A stretch of DNA of 25,881 nt from a virus. Its lineage: Duplodnaviria; Caudoviricetes. Below the pieces are notes generated by a model. It made no database searches, was not told the origin of the DNA, and worked only from the letters and a program-made list of their open reading frames with translations. The translations under genes and the position numbers were made by a program. The first letter of the stretch is position 1; each line of letters starts with the position of its first letter. Positions 22,530-25,881 of the stretch are shown here, one piece after another. The stretch spans positions 1 through 25,881 of IMG/VR virus record IMGVR_UViG_3300044974_000384; one strand, 5' to 3'.

Positions 22530-25500
22530 ATGGCCAAACCGCCAATTAGTGAAGAAGATTTCCTAAAAGAATTGGGCAAGATTTCTGCCAAAAAACAAAC
22601 CCAAACCACCACGGGTGGCTTGGGTAAAAGTCCATTGCAAAGTTATTTTGAAGCAAGGGACGCTGAGGCTGTAAAAGCAGAACAAGCGTTAGGGCTTGGG
22701 GCCAAAATTCTTAAACCAATTTTTAAAGGCATTGGCGTAATTGACGCACCAAGACGAGCCGCAATTTCTGGTGTTAGGGAAATTGTTGATGTGCTTGATA
22801 GCGACCCAGACACAAACGCAAGTCTGTCCGATTTTGTTAGACAGTCAAAAGATTTGACTTATGGTTTTGGTACTGCGTTTCCAATAAAAAATAAATGGGG
22901 TGGAAGAATCCTTGGATTTATTGGTGACGTTGCTCTCGACCCTTGGACTTATGCAACTCTTGGTGGTGCTGTACCAGCCAAGGCAAGCATCAAAGCAATA
23001 ATGTCGGGTGGCAAAGTTCTTGCTGAAGGTGGCAAAACAAGAGCGCTTCTAGGTGGTATTAAATACGTAAATGGTCGTGAAGGACGACTAGCTCTTGCGA
23101 ACCTTGCCAAAGGACGCATGGAGGCAATGAGTGAAGCAGGAATTAGAACATTTAGCAAAGACGAAATTGGTAAAGCTTTTAGAGACATTTCCGCTCAAGG
23201 CAAAAAAGCACTTCCTGGTTATCTGCGTGACGATTTGGGTATTCGTGGTCCAGGCATTTATTATTTTGGTTCAAGAGTAAAACTTCCTGGTTCTGGTTCG
23301 GTTGGGGCTTTGGCCGAGAACCTTATTACCGGGGCACGTTTGGGATTGGTAAAAAATCCTGCTGGCAGAAGCATAATGAAATACGTTACACCCGACGGCA
23401 CATTTCAGGCTGCCTATATTGACAATCAATCCGTTTTAAGAGACAGAGTAAACCTAGCTTCGGGTACTTTAGAGAACGGTGATTTAATGACACCGCAACA
23501 AGCCCTTGACGCTGGTGTTCGTTTGCGCATGGCTCAACAGCAACGAACAATAACTGCAAAAAATAGAGAGTATGTAACACAGCAGGTTGTGAGAGTTGTG
23601 GCGGACCCAGATATGGAAGCCAACAAACTATCTATTGCTTCTGTTTTGGAAACCGAAGGTGCTCTGGAAAACGCTGATGAAGTTGTTCAAACACTTGCTG
23701 GAAAAATTAGAAATTTTTTCAACGCAAGATTTTTAGATGTTCAAAAAAGTGCAAACGAAATTTCTCCCGAGTATGCGGCAAAGTTTTCATCAAGACAAAA
23801 TTACGTTCCACACATGGAGTCGGATGACGCAATTGTAGACAGATTGAAAATGGGTGAAGAAGCGTGGGATGCCAGAACTGGCGGAGCAGCCATTGATGAC
23901 AGTCAAAGGTTTGCTTCTTCTTATCGAAAAAGAAGCTTGCAACCTGGAGATAATTTCTTTGGGCATACCATAGAAAATAGAGCGTACACAATTGACGAAC
24001 TAAACAATATGGCTAAAAACCCCGGGACACTTTTGAACCCCAAGACAAAAGCACCATTTGAGCCATTGACTTACAACTTTTATGAAAATGACATGGTTAA
24101 GATTTTGCAAAAATACTCTGAACATTTTGCACAACAACAAGGCCATAACGCTTATGTTTTGACCGCCCTAAAAGAAGGTGGAGATTTTTTTAGAGTTCTT
24201 GCAAAAGATGCGCAATCTGACCCATTGGTTGCAATGGACACCAGCAACGCTGTTGGTGAACTTGCTTCCCGTTCAATAACTGCTGCCAATAAAGTTGCTA
24301 GCGATGCGGTGGTTGACGCAGAAACAGCTGTGCTTGCACCAACAAAACTATTGGATAATCAAAACCTTGTGAATTCAATAAATGAATTTGGTTTAACTCT
24401 AAATAAGTTAAAAGAAGTATTTGAGAATCCGCCTGAAATGCTGACAGACATTTTAGATAGATACGAAAAACTTAGGGACAAACTTATCAACAATGTGGAC
24501 GCCGAGGGGATTGTTGGTGAAACTGTTGCGCAAGTACGGGCATTGGCCCGCGACTTGCAAAGAATGGTTGAAATGGGAAACTATGTTCCCAAAAGAACAA
24601 CCGTTGTAAATAGTGCCGAAGTTGGTAGTCGTCTTGGTTTTGACAACGTAGTAGACAAAAAAACAATTGGCACGATACAGGGCTTAATAAAGAATACGGC
24701 AGTTGTCGATGCGGACACAATCGATAGAGCAATAGCTGTTGCCCTTAGGGATGTATTTAATGGCGTTGACAAACAGTTGTTTGCTTCCGATGAAGCAAAG
24801 TTTGGAATCATAAGGGCTTTGTTTAAGAAAGCTGAAAGATTAAAAAACTTAAGACGAGTAAATCTTAAAAAATCAAATCTACCCAAAGCCGTTATTGCTA
24901 AAGATAATTTGCGTTATGGTTTTGTTTTGCAGGACATGCAAATTTTTGGAAACATAATTAGGGGAATTGATGAGCGTATAAAACAATATGCTCAATTCAA
25001 CTTTGGTCCGTCCGTATTGAGCAAACAAGAAATAGAAGACATCGTGGCAGACGTAACTTTGTCGTATGTTTTCCAATCGGAAAGAGAATTGGCTCGAGTT
25101 TCGAGAATACAAAATTTGGTTCAAAAAACCATAAACAGTCAAGACAGTTTTGAAAAAAAAGTTTCTGATATCAGGAAATTAATTCCAGATTTAGATTTGT
25201 CTTTAAACTCGGAAGAAGACCTTACATTGTTCGTACAGGTCTATCTTGGCGACGCTGTGAACGATGGTTTATTAGAGGCTCAACGCAAATTGTTGAGGCA
25301 AAGAGTTTTGGATTTAGAAAGCAATCCTTTCTCGGATTCTGTTGCTCAGACCGTCTTGGGTCGAGAACCCAAGACTGCTTTGGAAGTTAATAACGAAGTA
25401 ATAAGAATTAAAAATTCAGTAGACGTAAAAGCAACAAAGATAACCACACAAAGTAAACGTACTGCTCAGTTGCGAAAATACCCTGACGGTGAACAAAAAT

Positions 25501-25881
25501 TATTTAATAAACATTTGGAACAGTTAAAGGTTAGAAAAAAAGATATTGAAAAACGCTTACAAAAAATTCTTTTAAGGCAAACCGAAGTTAAGAAAATTCA
25601 AATAACCGAAGAAGATATTCGCACATCTATTTTTGCAAAAATTCAAAAATATATTAATAGCAGTAAGACAAACTTGGAACAATGGTTCCGTCCACAGCCA
25701 ATTACAGCAACTGACGCAACGTTGTCAACCAGGTTTAGGGATTTCTTTCTTGAGTCAATGCCTCAGGTTTTGGGAAAAAATAAAAGGTATTCAAACCTTG
25801 ATGATATAACACAAAAATTTGTTAATGAAAATAATCCAGCTTTTGATTTACTGGACATATTGTTAACAAAAAATCCGGATG
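22530..25881 (+). CDS. Very large putative internal virion protein, partial (>1117 aa)
   Basis: ATG at 22530 (MAKPPISEEDF...); frame open in every segment I translated, including the end (...LLTKNPD); GFIGDVALDPWTY and NYVPH motifs; absent from the ORF track, consistent with no stop in the window. Confidence 0.85.
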   Translation, partial: MAKPPISEEDFLKELGKISAKKQTQTTTGGLGKSPLQSYFEARDAEAVKAEQALGLGAKILKPIFKGIGVIDAPRRAAISGVREIVDVLDSDPDTNASLSDFVRQSKDLTYGFGTAFPIKNKWGGRILGFIGDVALDPWTYATLGGAVPAKASIKAIMSGGKVLAEGGKTRALLGGIKYVNGREGRLALANLAKGRMEAMSEAGIRTFSKDEIGKAFRDISAQGKKALPGYLRDDLGIRGPGIYYFGSRVKLPGSGSVGALAENLITGARLGLVKNPAGRSIMKYVTPDGTFQAAYIDNQSVLRDRVNLASGTLENGDLMTPQQALDAGVRLRMAQQQRTITAKNREYVTQQVVRVVADPDMEANKLSIASVLETEGALENADEVVQTLAGKIRNFFNARFLDVQKSANEISPEYAAKFSSRQNYVPHMESDDAIVDRLKMGEEAWDARTGGAAIDDSQRFASSYRKRSLQPGDNFFGHTIENRAYTIDELNNMAKNPGTLLNPKTKAPFEPLTYNFYENDMVKILQKYSEHFAQQQGHNAYVLTALKEGGDFFRVLAKDAQSDPLVAMDTSNAVGELASRSITAANKVASDAVVDAETAVLAPTKLLDNQNLVNSINEFGLTLNKLKEVFENPPEMLTDILDRYEKLRDKLINNVDAEGIVGETVAQVRALARDLQRMVEMGNYVPKRTTVVNSAEVGSRLGFDNVVDKKTIGTIQGLIKNTAVVDADTIDRAIAVALRDVFNGVDKQLFASDEAKFGIIRALFKKAERLKNLRRVNLKKSNLPKAVIAKDNLRYGFVLQDMQIFGNIIRGIDERIKQYAQFNFGPSVLSKQEIEDIVADVTLSYVFQSERELARVSRIQNLVQKTINSQDSFEKKVSDIRKLIPDLDLSLNSEEDLTLFVQVYLGDAVNDGLLEAQRKLLRQRVLDLESNPFSDSVAQTVLGREPKTALEVNNEVIRIKNSVDVKATKITTQSKRTAQLRKYPDGEQKLFNKHLEQLKVRKKDIEKRLQKILLRQTEVKKIQITEEDIRTSIFAKIQKYINSSKTNLEQWFRPQPITATDATLSTRFRDFFLESMPQVLGKNKRYSNLDDITQKFVNENNPAFDLLDILLTKNPD

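Noticed and set aside
22528-25881. Apparent gene-poor region or recoded stop codons
   Set aside because: Explained by one long standard-code ORF lacking a stop within the window; the listed minus-strand ORFs are shadows
1-25881. tRNA/rRNA genes, endolysin, integrase, reverse transcriptase/DGR
   Set aside because: No cloverleaf, catalytic motifs or TR/VR repeat pair recognised by eye; tRNAscan-SE and HMM searches would be needed to exclude them formally

Overview
Fragment of a tailed dsDNA bacteriophage genome with a podovirus-like (P22/T7-type) virion module. There are no cellular genes, rRNA, tRNA, CRISPR array or IS. From left to right: (1) 1-1852, small leftward genes of unknown function, most preceded by long GC-rich hairpins; (2) 1914-2209, a non-coding stretch with G-runs and CAGG repeats; (3) 2210-3970, a leftward operon of seven translationally coupled Lys/Arg-rich microproteins; (4) 3971-4119, a divergent control region; (5) the rightward late region: small terminase, a ~5.6 kb insert (fibre/decoration stubs, Gly-rich protein, sulfotransferase, 2OG-Fe(II) oxygenase, PA14-type mucin-like membrane protein, two small membrane proteins), large terminase, portal, scaffold, major capsid, decoration protein, basic proteins, head-tail adaptor, nozzle, and probable ejection proteins, ending in a >1117 aa ORF that runs off the window. 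The most notable signals are a recurrent GTAACG-N11-13-TA(T/G)(T/A)G promoter-like motif (present back-to-back at the divergent site), a family of covarying hairpins before the leftward genes, recurring terminal peptide motifs suggesting modular docking of virion appendages, and the basic-protein operon with shared N-terminal tags. Family names are recalled from protein motifs, not from searches.
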